In this document: piece by piece, positions 13,001 through 28,000 of the stretch
How the letters are laid out: every line of letters starts with the position of its first letter
Position numbering within the stretch: position 1 is the first letter of the stretch
From: Schmidtea nova
Lineage: Eukaryota
Length of the DNA stretch: 64,000 nt
Reading direction: 5' to 3'
Assembly: GCA_044892505.1 (NCBI GenBank)
Contig: CM097883.1
Coordinates: forward strand, 440,758,001-440,822,000
Notes under the pieces: model-generated
Seen by the model: only the letters and a program-made list of their open reading frames with translations
What the model was told of the DNA's origin: nothing
Databases searched by the model: none
Translations under genes and position numbers: made by a program

Positions 13001-16000
13001 GTTAGTTTGGGAACTACGTGGTGTGCCCAATAAGCCATGAGCCTAACAAAGAAAAACAATTTTAAACTCTACAAATTTTGAATTTAAAAACTACGCAATG
13101 TATGAGTTTCTTAAATAATGTTTGTTTTATTTTACTTGAATTTTTTTAGATTTAAATTGTAATATTTCGAAAATGTCCCTAGAAATCGTACAATATCGGA
13201 GCGTAATTAGGTTTTTGTTCCTCCAAGGAAAAAGTAGAGAAGATATATTCAACGAAATGAAAGCTGTGTATTTTGAAGACTGTCCATCCATAGCTACAAT
13301 AAAACGTTGGTATAATGAATTCCAAAAAGGTAGGAAGTCTGTAATGGATGATGAAAGATCTGGAAAGCCTTCTGAAATCAGCTCGGAAATAACTCAAAAG
13401 CTGAAAGAAATAGTGCAAAATGAACGCAGAATAACTACCAGAGAAATGACAACACGGTTAAATGTTAGTAAAGGTACTTTTACTACTTTACTAAATGAAT
13501 GTGGCATACGAAAGTTGTGTTCTCGTTTCGTGCAACAATTCTTAACAGCAGAAATGCAAAGTCGACGTTTGTATTGCTTTCAGGAGAACATTGAGCTTTT
13601 TAAACGAGTTGGAGCGATTTTATTGTCTAATATTGTAACAACGGATGAAACTCCATTAGCACTTTATGTACCTGATTCAAAACGTGAGTCTTAAAACAGT
13701 GAGTATTATTCAGATCTTGTACAACAAGTAAGGAAGTTGAGAAGAAAGAGCAGAGTGTGTGATTTGTATTATTTGTACGACAATGCACCAATGCACAATA
13801 GTGCACTTTCAACAGCAGTAATTCAGGAGTGTGGGTTTAAAGTGATGCAGCATCCTCCGTACAGTCAAGATTTGGCTCCGTCGGATTTCTACCTCTTCAA
13901 CCATCTCAAAAAGAAGTCTGAGGGGTAGACAGTTAGGAACGAAAGAGAATTTGAAAGAGGCAGTGACTGATTTCTTTGCCGATAAAACAACCGATTTCTT
14001 TGAAAAAGCCTTATTTGAGTTAACAGTTCGCTGGGGAAAATGTATCGGGGCTAAAGGAAATTACATTGAGAAATAATAAGCTATTTATATTTTATTTTTA
14101 ATAAAAAATTAATTTTTCGACATTGCACTTGTTTTACTTTGTTACGCTTATGACTTATTGGGCACACGAACGTATGATAAAAAAGCCATTTAATCCTTAA
14201 GAATTTAAATTATTTAATCGCTTTATTTGTGATAATATTTTGATTATTAATCACTGAAATACATTGGACGTTTGAAATAAGGTTAATATTGAAAAATTAC
14301 ATTCAAATTTTGATCACTCATTAAAATGATACTTGACCACTTCTTGAAATTCCAATGAGGTGTTCCTTCAACATTGAAAAAATGAGAAACTGATTTCTCA
14401 TATCCACCATTTTCCTAGCAAAATTTATTTTATAATTTAAAGAATAAATAAAATAAAATTATAATGAAAAAAATGAAAAAAACAATAATAATAGTAGAAT
14501 GAGCTTATTTTGGAACACTTTTAATAAAAATATTAACTTATGCAATTAACACTTACGTTATCTATCATTCTAAGAGGAAATATTTTTTGGATATTTTTTG
14601 AATATTTTTTGAATATTTTTTGGATATTTTTTGGGTAATATAAATAGAAGATCTTACAACAGGTTGAGAATTATTTTTACCTTACGAACAAATTCATATT
14701 CAAGCCATAAATTAAAATTAATTAGTAATTTATAGCAATTGAGGTATTAGATTTAGTTATGAGTACATTTCACGAGGAACGATGAAAAAGGGAAAATCTG
14801 TAAGTATAGTTTGATGTATTTTTCTTAAAAAGTTTTTCTGTGTTTTCAATCTTTATCTATATGAAAAAGTGCTTTCTTTCATGAAATCATTTCTTGAATT
14901 ATGTGAGAATTATTATATAAGTGCCTAATTGGAAATAATTAAAAATTTGAGTGAAATTGACGCGTGAGTAAAGATCAAGTTATTTGGGAGTTGGACAAGA
15001 TGGAAAAGCATGTCATGGAATTTATTTAGGCCATAGATCGAATTGTTTATAGAGAAAATGTAATCGTTATAATCTACCAAATATGAAATGGAGTTAATTT
15101 CATCCAGTCGAAGCATTATTTAACGGAAAAAAAATTATTTGATGGCCGATCTTAGTAATCGAATACGTAATGATATTATCAGTCGGCCTTTCATCATTCA
15201 TGTAGTGATATAAATTGAAAAAAATAAAACGGTCATAGACAAATATTCCATGTATTACCAACTATCCTATGTAATACCAAATAACCGATGTATGTATTAC
15301 AAAACTCAGGCAGTTTACAAAGCACGTAATATTGTGTCATTATTAAGTAATATTTTCCAGGTCAATTCAAGGTATACGGTTAGTTATTATTACAACGCAA
15401 AAAACAACAACGCCAACCAATTAACAAAAATTGAAGAAAACATCTTAACTCAAAATTATCCTATACCAAAAATATTTTACACATTCTCACATTTATAAGA
15501 ATCAATATGATTGAAAAAAGCACTCATTAAAATTTTTGATTCTTTCATTATATTTTGTTGTTTTGAATATAAATTTATTTTAAAATGTTGATTGAATCAT
15601 TTTGATTAACGCATTAGCACGAATATTAAACGAGATTTTTTCCCATCGAAATATCATTAGAAATGGCAATCTTCTTATAACTGGGGTCGTCTTAAATTGG
15701 GCTAATATGTTATTATACATTTTGTTATATTATATAAATAAATAAATCCATTTCTGGTTATCAGATATTGAGGTGTTGTACTGAAAACTTGAAAATGAGA
15801 TTTGTATTTTCGAAATTTATTTTAAAATATAAATTGGATTTTTTTTTCATACGTTAAACTAAAAATCCTCAAAAAATAGCTGCCAATCAAATCATAATAA
15901 AAAAATTTAGGGGGATAGGTGAAGAAATATTGAAAAAATTGACAAAGGTTTAAGTAAAAATTGAATGAAGAATTAGCAACAGACAATTAGTCATGCATTT

Positions 16001-19000
16001 AATGAGAGTAAAGTGATTTCTAGAAAACTTTGATAGACAGGAACCACGATTTTTAACGACTGAAATGTCAGCTTTACAATCAAAAGTAAATGTTAGAAAT
16101 TTGCCATTGATCGAACCATTTAGAGGAATTATTTACACAAAGCTGTTGAGCGGTTAGTTAAATGTATATGGATTGTATCTGTATATAATTATTCATATTT
16201 TAAATAAATTTTTGCAGTGAATAATATATGTTTCACTTTGTAATACACAAAGTGGATGGGATTTTTTAATCAAATTAAAGACTCAAAAAATAAATAAATT
16301 TTTATATTTAAAATGGCGACTATAAAGTAAATATATTATCACCTTTAACATTTCTTATTTTCACCTTAAATCATTTCTTTTTTATTTCAGCAATTTTCAT
16401 TTTTTATTATAATTAGATCAAATTTTTTAATAAAAAATGATGACATTTATATTGTTAAATAAATAATAATTAATTGATAAGGATTATTTTACTATCGAAA
16501 ATTTTCACTTAATAAAAATTTCTGCAGCAAAGACTTATTTTGTTATTTATTAATTATTTAATGCTTAATTAATGCTGCTACCAANNNNNNNNNNNNNNNN
16601 NNNNNNNNNNNNNNNNNNNNNNNNNNNNNNNNNNNNNNNNNNNNNNNNNNNNNNNNNNNNNNNNNNNNNNNNNNNNNNNNNNNNNNNNNNNNNNNNNNNN
16701 NNNNNNNNNNNNNNNNNNNNNNNNNNNNNNNNNNNNNNNNNNNNNNNNNNNNNNNNNNNNNNNNNNNNNNNNNNNNNNNNNNNNNNNNNNNNNNNNNNNN
16801 NNNNNNNNNNNNNNNNNNNNNNNNNNNNNNNNNNNNNNNNNNNNNNNNNNNNNNNNNNNNNNNNNNNNNNNNNNNNNNNNNNNNNNNNNNNNNNNNNNNN
16901 NNNNNNNNNNNNNNNNNNNNNNNNNNNNNNNNNNNNNNNNNNNNNNNNNNNNNNNNNNNNNNNNNNNNNNNNNNNNNNNNNNNNNNNNNNNNNNNNNNNN
17001 NNNNNNNNNNNNNNNNNNNNNNNNNNNNNNNNNNNNNNNNNNNNNNNNNNNNNNNNNNNNNNNNNNNNNNNNNNNNNNNNNNNNNNNNNNNNNNNNNNNN
17101 NNNNNNNNNNNNNNNNNNNNNNNNNNNNNNNNNNNNNNNNNNNNNNNNNNNNNNNNNNNNNNNNNNNNNNNNNNNNNNNNNNNNNNNNNNNNNNNNNNNN
17201 NNNNNNNNNNNNNNNNNNNNNNNNNNNNNNNNNNNNNNNNNNNNNNNNNNNNNNNNNNNNNNNNNNNNNNNNNNNNNNNNNNNNNNNNNNNNNNNNNNNN
17301 NNNNNNNNNNNNNNNNNNNNNNNNNNNNNNNNNNNNNNNNNNNNNNNNNNNNNNNNNNNNNNNNNNNNNNNNNNNNNNNNNNNNNNNNNNNNNNNNNNNN
17401 NNNNNNNNNNNNNNNNNNNNNNNNNNNNNNNNNNNNNNNNNNNNNNNNNNNAATAAGCCTTTGCTGCAAAATTTTTTATTTAGTGAAATTTTTCGATTAT
17501 AAAATAATTCTTGTCAATCTCTAATTCAAAATATAACTGGAGTCTTCTTCGTGTATTGCTGTTTTTCTGTGAATTATCTCATTTTTTGTAAATCTGGATG
17601 TAAAATAGTGCGTAAAACTGGATGTAAAACTGATATATAAATTTAAAAACTTTTTAGTTAAAAATTAAAAATTAAACTTTTTAGAATAAATAAAAAATTT
17701 CTATTTTTTTGTTGAAAAAAATCTTCTCAATTTCATAGCCATAAAATTATCTCCGAAATTTTAAAATTTTACCTAAGTTTGTATTTTATATTTTAATTTT
17801 TTAAACTTTTATATATAAATTTTAAAATTAATTATAAATGAAAATTTTATCTCTATGAAATACCCATATATTATATGTATAATTTTTGTTGATAAAAAAT
17901 GTTTTTTAACAAGGTAGTAGGTGGGCGATTTTGCTAACTTCATCTTTAAAGTTAATTTTTGAGCGTTTGTTTTAAAATGAAAATAGCTTCTTTAAACCTG
18001 AGATTTTTTTCATAGTTTTCACTTTTTAATATTCTCACTGTTATTAAATTTTCTTTGTTATCTATCTGACATTGGTAAAGATGGCTATATACCGATGACT
18101 TTCCTTCATGATCAAGATGATCTTTAATTCTCTGGTGCTTCCTATGTAAATTTCTACGAATTTATCACACATGATGCTATAGACTATGTTCTTGCGAAAT
18201 CATATTTTCTTTGGTGTTTGGCAGTTTTTTCTTGTGTTGGTAGTCAGGGCCTGCCTCAATGTCTTAGATCTATGTACCAAAGAAATTGGAAGATCAGTAA
18301 AATTAAGTTGTTTGATGACCATAAAATTGATCCGGTCAATAATGAAAGGAATTCGTAGATTTGATTTTCTAAATCTTTCTGCATTTTTGGTTTGAATTTC
18401 ATTTTGTTAATGTCGTTACTATCATGGCATCCGTTACGATGCAGGACTTCAGCAAATATGGTTTGTTGTATTGAATTGTTCTCTTTTGCTATTTTTGTGC
18501 ATTGATTAGCTATTTTTTGTCTCTCATTTTTAATGAAGTTTACTTTCCGTAGACGAGGAAGTGCTGGTCTTTGGTGCATAAATATTTTCTTGAGGGCTGA
18601 TTTTTTGTAGGTTCAATTGTATATTTAGTAAATTGTATATTAATAAATTATGATAATTACTTCAACATCAACTCGTAACAAATGAGATATGTTTCCATAA
18701 TTAGATGGATTCCATTTTAATACATGAAGTGGGTGGTCTTTTTTAACCTGATTAGCAACTCCAATAAATTCATTGTCAATATAGATTTTAACTTTAAATG
18801 ACACCGCAAAAGACCAAACAAATACCCTAAATACGAATAAATTCTTAAAATCAAAACAAAATCCCGTTCTGTATTTTACCTGATAAATGTAGAACTTTTC
18901 ACTTTTGCTGAAGCTTCTTTATGAGGCATTAGAAAAGCTGAATCTTTGGGATTGGTAACTACAATAATAGGCCAATCGTCAATATGAGAATCCACAAATG

Positions 19001-22000
19001 AAAATATGTCATGATCTATCACACCGATTCGGAAACTAAATAAACTGTTTTTAGATCTTGAAGGGTATTTCGTAACTTACTATCTACTATCTCTCCAATC
19101 TGCTAATTCTAATTCTAGGAAACCTTCTGGTTGGATAGTATACATCTTGAAAACGGTTTTTAGTAAAGTATGCAAATGACCACAAAGATAAGCAATTGCA
19201 CTTTGACTATTAGAAAAGACATATTTATTAACTCTAAATTTTTACTGATATATAAAATATAAAAGATTTAAATATGCTGTGTTCTGTAAAGCTCGCATTT
19301 GAAGCAATGTTTCTTAATCTCTAAGCTTAATGATTATGTACTTTGAAAACCAAAGCACTTACTTATCAAAGAAAACTTTGTATTGAAGAAATGTGCATGA
19401 TATTTATTCATTGTATAGTATTATTAAATTACACTCATTATATTAGATAAAAACAATGTGAAAATGATAACCCCCCTCCGAACCCTTCAAAAGATTCCTA
19501 ACCGTTTATCTGTATCAGAGTAAGAGGAACAGTTAAAACAGGAATTATTGAATAATGCTACAAAAGGAAATGGTATGAGTTTGCTAGAAAAGAATATATT
19601 GCGATTTCATGACTTATTTTACTAATTGTGCATTAAGGAACCTTGAGAATTTGGAAAACGATGTAACATATTTCAAAATGGATTTAGTTAGCCAATTACC
19701 AATGCTTATTGTTATATTATAATGGATATATTGTTTAACAATTAATTTTTTTAATATTCTTCATTTTTAATATGTTTATAAACGAATTAAATTATATTCA
19801 TGTTTTCAATTACAATGTTTTCAATTACATACATTTTCGGCACTGCCTTTTACAAGACTTATATGGAAAGATGCAGAACTGAACAATTGAGTTAAATAGA
19901 AAACAATTTGATATGTAGTCTGAATGAATGAAAATTAAATAAATATTTATCTCGCATATTATTATTATTCAGTAGATGAAATTTTTTGGCATTTTTATTA
20001 TAATTAAATAAAGTAAAGTAATTTTGAATCAAAAATGAAAAAAATAATCATAATTTATGCAAAAATTAATTTAAAAATGTATTTGAATATTTGATTGAAA
20101 CTAGATTTTCAAATTTATATATATATAGCAATTACCCCATCAATGATTTAATATCTAATCCAGGGGATATAATAGTTGACGTTGGATAATGGCCAAACCA
20201 AATAGTCATATTGTCTTTAACCAGTTCCTTTGTGAAATACTGAAGTAACTGAGCAGTTGACTAAAACAAAAGTAAAGGTAATAAATGTAATATGACGTTC
20301 TTTTTCATTTTATTTATTTTCACTGTCTATTCTACCGTCCCATCAAACATAATCTAAAGAGAGAGGAATTGCATAAAGCAGACCTCAGTAGTAAATATAT
20401 TATTAGGTTGGGATTTATTTCAATTGTTATTAACACTTTGTAAAATCTGACTCCTCGTGTTCTCGATCAATAAATGATTAACTTTCAACAATAAACTTTA
20501 TTAAATATCTCAAAACACAATCGAATTTCTTGAACACTAATATAGTTCATTAGGCTTTCACGGGTGAAATTGTTAAGTAGATTATAAATAATAAATCGGT
20601 TTATGCTTGAAATTTATTGAGCTGTTAAGTGTACAAGTAATTCAATAGAGGCGATGTTTTCATTGTGGATAGAAACTATACATTCTCAATTAAAAACAGA
20701 ATATCAATCTCAAATACGACGAATAGAATTAAACATCAAAATTATGTTGAGGATACCTAAATAATAAATAATTTTATAGTTAAATGAAATAACTTTTGGG
20801 AAAACTGATAGGGTGATTGAGATATCATTCTGGAACTTGGAGAAGAAAACTGAAAAGCAAAACATTGAAAAATGAGGAAAGGGTAACAAAAGAAAAGAAA
20901 TAAAACAATAAAACAGAGTAAGGTCACTTATAATTAATAAGTGTAAGAAAACAAAATGGAATTCTAAAATGAAAAACAAAAAACGATAACAAACCCGGTA
21001 TCTCGACAGAGAAAACACGGACACTGGGAAAAAACATTTGGGAAATGCCAGAGAGAAAAAGAGAAAAAGCAAATTATCCCGAGTGCCGAACTGCCATGTT
21101 TAACACGGGAGCTAAAAATGAAAACGGGAAATGTCAGCGGCAGGAATGTGAAAAAAGCAAATCATCACAAGTGCCGGAAAATGGCAAACTATAAAAAGGA
21201 AAGACACCAGTTTTAGACAGAAGTTATATGGCAAGTTTTATGACGAATTTATTAAGAAATTTATTGAGAAACTTGTCGAGAAAAACTTATTAAGAAATTG
21301 TCTGAGGGAAATTTTTGCGAAATTGTTAATTGCAAAATTTACTGAGAAAGGCTTGTTGAGTCGAATTTCAAGTCAAAGTAAAGAAAGCAATTAATTCATT
21401 ACCCATTGGTAAATCTAAATCAGTAATTGGTGATCGTTAGTCAGAGATTATACACGAGTGCTATTCTTCACATAAATGTCGTAATAAGCACTGTATAATT
21501 GTGTCATATTATTGATTAGTTGTACCAGAGTAATTGTGAAACCAGTTGTGATCTTGAGGTTCCAAATATTTGCTATTTGCAATCTCAACTTGTTATTGGG
21601 GTGATTCGTATATAAATATCAAAAACAAAGTTTGTTTTCAAAATTTTATTAATACAATAAAATTACTTTTTATTCCGTTTACAATTATCTAAGAATAACT
21701 CAAATTCTTTATTACACAATTTTTTTAAAAAGAAAAAGTCGTGTCAAATCAATTCTTGTAATTGAACCTATTGGGTGACTGCTATGTAGTGCGTGCTATA
21801 TTTTATTGTGGATCCAATGTTTCTGATCCGGGTTTTAATAAGTTTTTCAAGATTTCCTTGAAAACTCGATTTGCGCAGATTTTATTTCTGGATTTTAAAA
21901 TTAGAGTTTAAAGCTTTAATTTTTTGGGCGTTTCTACTGATTTTTCCATCAGCTTATATAGTAATTTTTTATCTTGTTCGATAATCATATAATTATATTT

Positions 22001-25000
22001 ATTAAAATATTTATATTTTAATCGGTCTTTTTTTTAACCGGATTTTGATTATTCCATTTTATCTGGCTCAATATCTAGAATTATTTACAATATCTAGAAT
22101 TATTGTTTACATCTTGCCGTTTGATAAATATTACAATTTGCCGTTATCTAAAATTATTATTTTTTATTAAATAAATATCTAAAATTTATTATCTACAATT
22201 TGCCCTTTTTAATATATTATTATCTAAAATTATTATTTTTTTTATTAAATAAATATCTAAAATTTATTATCTACAATTTGCCCTTTTTAATATATTATTA
22301 TTTCATATTTTATGTATTGTCATATTTTTTATTTATACAGATATATTACCTTATAGATTTTTACACAAATATATATATATATATAAAATTCAAATGATAA
22401 TATACGGAACAATTATGAAATTCAAGTACAGAATAATTATATACACTTCAAATACAGAATAATGACACTCATATACAAAATTTAAAAGTATATTAAATAA
22501 TAAAGTTGTGATCACATAAACATAGTCATATAGTGATTATTTGAGGCTTTGTTGGCTTTGATTGAAGAAGGGTGATTATTTGAGGCTTTGTTAGCTTTGA
22601 TTGAAGAAGGGTGATTATTTGAGGCGATTGAAGATGGAGTCTGCATTATTTTCGGACTGGGTTTCTGCGCATATATTAACCCTGTATCTATTAGGCCCTG
22701 TCCTGTAATATTTGTTCAGGGTAAATGCTTGGATGGGCTTCCCTCGATCATCCAACAGTGATATCAATAAAAATTCCTGTTGTAATTATTATTCTATTGA
22801 TTTTGATTGGTAATTTTTAAACTTCACAAACCACATAATAACCCACCAGTTATAATAAATCCAATCATGGCCCCATCACGTGAAATTTACTTATTCTGGT
22901 TTCCAACGTTTTGATTTACAATTTCAGGAATTATGTATATCAATTCCATTTTACAAAATATTAATTGGATTCATTATTCGACAATACCTATAACATTATT
23001 TATTGTTCACAGATGTAACATAAAAATATAAAAGAAAATGAAATATAAGAAAAAGTGACAGATATAGAAAAAGAAATAAAANNNNNNNNNNNNNNNNNNN
23101 NNNNNNNNNNNNNNNNNNNNNNNNNNNNNNNNNNNNNNNNNNNNNNNNNNNNNNNNNNNNNNNNNNNNNNNNNNNNNNNNNNNNNNNNNNNNNNNNNNNN
23201 NNNNNNNNNNNNNNNNNNNNNNNNNNNNNNNNNNNNNNNNNNNNNNNNNNNNNNNNNNNNNNNNNNNNNNNNNNNNNNNNNNNNNNNNNNNNNNNNNNTG
23301 TTACAGATATCTCTTAAAATCTTTGGCATTTTGAATTTTTTAAGATATTTTATTTCACGGATATGAATATATAAAAACGTACAATTCAAAAAATTAGGTC
23401 AGTGCTATTTTCTGTTTATTATTCAATTTCTAACATTTTATAAATGAAACGAAGATTAGTGACATTTTATTGCTACTGATTTTGGAATTAATAATATTTA
23501 ACAATACAATATTACTGTTGATAGAATTCCAAAGAAATTGTATGGTCTTTTCAAACCAGGATTTGGACAAGCATCTAATCCTACAAAGGAATAGCTTCCA
23601 AAAGATGTTCGATGTATATATCTATATGATTGCAAGTTTTGTTCTCCTTGAACTGAATAATGTCTAAAATAAAATATTAAGGTCAGTTTAAATTTATATT
23701 AATATAATAAAATTAATTATCCATCTTTGGTAATACAATATATTTGGTTTGAAATCAAGAAAAAAAATCAAATTAGTTCAAAACAAAAATGATTTCAGAC
23801 CGGTTCAAATGTTTCACGATTATCAAATGTTTTTCTTGGTAAATAAAATCAGATTCAAGTTCTCATATCCAGTAAAGTTGTGGACTTCGTAATATTCCAA
23901 CTTCATCGGTCAGTTTTTTTAAAGAATATGTTGTTGCAATCAATAAAGTGTTAATGAAAATCAACAAGATATTATCATGCAATGAAACAATATTTATCAA
24001 CAGGAAAATTTATTTTCATGGCACATTTCAATCATTTGAATTTATGGGAAATATTGGTTTATTGATATATCGATCCCAGATTATAAAATAAATCCAAAAA
24101 ATCAGTGTCTCGAATTTGGAAAATCAACAGTGCTAGAATTTCTTAATGTGTTTATTAATAAATGTTAATAATATCAGTTTTGACTTATAATTTTTAGTTT
24201 TGAAATTTTTTAAGTTTTTAAAAATTTTTAAAAATTTTTTAAAAATATTTTAACCTTAAATGACTGACTTTAAAATAAAATTGAAGTATTGCGTAATTGA
24301 TTATGACAAAAAATATGATTATATCATCAATGGCATTATAATAAATAAAAATTAAGAGGGGTCTCAAAAAATTGGGGAGTCTTGTTCGATTTTCATTTGA
24401 TATAACTCATCGATGACGACATATGCTTGGAGTGCACACATTTCTTTACTTTAAAAGTCAGCAACAGTATTTGCTTATTATTATTATGGTTTACTCTTTC
24501 AATTTTAAAGGTGACTCTAAATAAAACTGTGATCAATTGAATGTTATAACCGTAAAAGAAAATTTGCAACAAATGATAATCAAAGGACCTTAAAATGAAA
24601 TTTTAAATATCATGTCAACAATTACATAATAAAAATATTCAAAGAAATTGAATGGGATGTCTCAAAAAATTAAGGGAGTCTTTCTCAATTTTCGCTGGCT
24701 ATGACTTATCGATNNNNNNNNNNNNNNNNNNNNNNNNNNNNNNNNNNNNNNNNNNNNNNNNNNNNNNNNNNNNNNNNNNNNNNNNNNNNNNNNNNNNNNN
24801 NNNNNNNNNNNNNNNNNNNNNNNNNNNNNNNNNNNNNNNNNNNNNNNNNNNNNNNNNNNNNNNNNNGATATAACTAATATAATACATCATTTTTAAATTC
24901 AATCTGTTATAAGAAGAAAATTTATTAAACACTTTCACCTTAATTTAATCTAACAATAGTTTCAGATAAGTAACTAATTTCAGTAAGATAATTTTCTCAA

Positions 25001-28000
25001 GGAATTTTGGAACTTTTGACGAACACAATTCGCTAAAATTATTTCAAACACTGAAATTTATTTAATTGGGCGATTATTTAATAAAATTTTTAAATGAAGA
25101 CAGATAAATAACAATAAAAGGCATTCCAATTTCTGTATTTTTGATAAATGGTTTCCTAGTGTAATTTTTGGTCGCCCGAGCGAGATCATTTTTGATCAGT
25201 TTTTTGATCTAATTAATTTTCAACAAGGATTTTAGTTATTCCAAGATTTTTATTGGTCTAGTAAATGGCGGCTAAACACAAATTCAGTTAAAAATTTATG
25301 GAAATGCAATTTTTCAAAAATACCGAAAATTATCCAATTCCCCGGTTTTGTGTGTATTGTAATAAATCCGAACCTTTCAAAAAAAACTAAAAATAACACA
25401 TTTTAGTTCGAAATTTATTTGATTGGATGATTATTTGATTCAAAAATATTTTTAAAAAAAAGAAAAAGACAAAAAAGAATTTTATCAAGGAATTTTGGAA
25501 CTTTTGACGGAACAGAATTCGCGAATATTATTTCAACCCCGGTGTCACGTATAATGTTTACTCAGCTGTAGAATTTTTACATTCGCCATTTGGAAGTAGT
25601 TTTTTCGTGAGAAATTACATGTATACAATTTAGATTATAACAAACATCGTTGTCATTTTTTGAACATTTGTGTTTGATTAAAAAAGTACAAAATGTATAT
25701 AAAAGTTCATTCACTTACTAATTAGAAAGAAAGAAAAGACAAAAAAGAATTTTCTCAAGAAATTTTGGAACTTTTGACGGAACAGAATTCGTGAATATTA
25801 TTTCAACCCCGGTGTCACGTATAATGTTTACTCAGCTGTAGAATTTTTACATTCGCGATTTGGAAGTAGTTTTTTCGTGAGAAATTACATGTATACAAAT
25901 TAGATTATAACAAACATCGTTGTCATTTTTTGAACATTTGTGTTTGATTAAAAAAGTACAAAATTTATATAAAAGTTCATTCACTTACTAATTAGAAAGG
26001 TAACATTTTTTATCTTTTTTGAATTGACTTGATATAGAGCATGACGGACCAAATGCTTTTAACACATGTGCAGTTGAAATTTCCGCCCATATAAGCATCT
26101 CTTTTACGGGTGTAAAATTTCTACGGAGTAGTAAAAATCCTATAGTAGAATTTTTACACCCATATAAAAATTTAATTTACAGATTATTTAAAAATTACAG
26201 AAAATTATACATTTCCTGGGTATTTTTCAGAAAAACCAAAAATAACACATTTAAATTCGAAATTTATTTGATTGGATGATTATTTCATTTTATATAATTT
26301 TAAAATAAAAACAGAAAAAAGGAAATTTATTCAAAGAATTTTGGAACTTTTCATGGAAGAGTTCGATAACATTATTCCAGGTTTGGTTAACACACATTAT
26401 GACGCTTCTTGATCAAATCAATTTCCGACTTGGTTTTTTGTGATTTGACTTCTTTTTTAATTTGTATATCTCCATATGAATGTTAATTATTCCGAGAATT
26501 TTACACAATTTCATTAAACAAATATTTATCAATGTAAAATAAATTTCTGAATAGATATATCCAAAAAAAATACTTAAATTTACAGATTCTTTAAAAAATA
26601 CGGAAAATTATGCATTTCATGGTCTATTAGAACCTTTACAAGGGCTTCTTGTATTATTATCAATTCAAACCTTTCAAAAACTTTTAAAAATACCACTTAA
26701 TATAACTGAAATAAAGACAGATAAAAAGCAATAAAAGGCATTTTGATTTCTGTTTTTTGAGGGAAATTTTGTTACTTTTGTGCAATATATTATCTCATGT
26801 CAGAACGAGATCAAGTTTGACGTATTTTGATCAAATTAATTTCCAACAATGATATCTCCATATGAATGTTAATTATTCCGAGAATTTTATTGTTCTAGTA
26901 AATGGGTGCTAAACACAGAAAATGTATGGAAACTTTAAAACTTTAATTCATCAAAATTTTATGGTAAGACAAGTTTATATTGGGAAAAATTCCAAGACGA
27001 AATATCAAGAAATCTATAAAGATTAGACAAAAATAGAACTCAACAACAGATTTGTTACAAAAATCATACCACAGGAAGCTCCTGTACAGTCTAGAAATGA
27101 TTTTAAAATATCAATTTCAAGTGATGAAAGTGAAATTATTCCATTTGGAAAGAGAAATCAGAATATTGAGGATCCTGATGATTAAAATTCAGTAATACAC
27201 TATGTTTTATAAAATGAATTATACTTTTTTTTATTTTATGTTTAAATAAATATGAATTTGTTTTTGCTTTATTATATATTTTGCAATTCCCATTGATTTT
27301 TAGGTCCTGATTTTCGAATTTATTACTATGTTGGAATCAATCCCTTGCAAATCTACTGTCTTTGTACTCATTTACACGAAATACTATGAAAATATGGGGT
27401 TAGGTGAAATATTTTCAATGATTGGGAAAATAACATTTTATGACTTTAAAATTGAAGCCTCGCATATTAGTAGAGCAATATATTATTATTGAAATATATA
27501 TTATTATATTATACATTATCATTCATGAAATTTTGTGATTCTTTTTTCAGTGAATTATTTTTTAGTAATTTGTATCAGGTGCGCACCCAGTATTTTCGCT
27601 GGGGGGCTCAACTTCAAAAGAAAAGAATTTTAAGGATCGAGATCATTTTAAATATTTTTAATATATAATATTTGATTAAAATAAAATATTAAATACTTTT
27701 AAAATATTAAATCATTTTGGATGAGGTTTGGAAAATTTTGACTATTTTAATTAATTTTAATATGCGATAGAGTATACAAATAATAAAATTAAGATTAAAT
27801 ATTTATATTCAATTTTCGTTTATATTTTGTCAATTCATTTAGTATATCCTCTACATTTATATACTTCTTAGTGGATATTCAACAAATCCAAACCATTAAA
27901 TCGATTTTCATCCATTGTGGAGCACAATTTTAATCGTTTTTAGTTAAAAATTTAGTTAATTTCGCTAATTAAAATTTGGTAAACGTCACAATAATTTTAT

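Noticed and set aside
14925-15116. 63-aa minus ORF as a candidate TMEM62 exon
   Set aside because: Splice phase incompatible; the exon at 14414-14301 fits phase and homology
15960-16190. HTQAVERLVK-like transposase remnant (also TD.SSMLK near 36620)
   Set aside because: Too degenerate to define boundaries or family
16558-17469. Long ORFs in the track that cross N runs (also 4894, 23000, 24652 and 58690 regions)
   Set aside because: Artefacts of translating assembly gaps
20710-21072. Hydrophobic 120-aa minus ORF (similar cases at 9705, 22200 and 50951)
   Set aside because: Phe/Leu/Ile-rich translation of low-complexity A/T-rich repeat DNA; no motif
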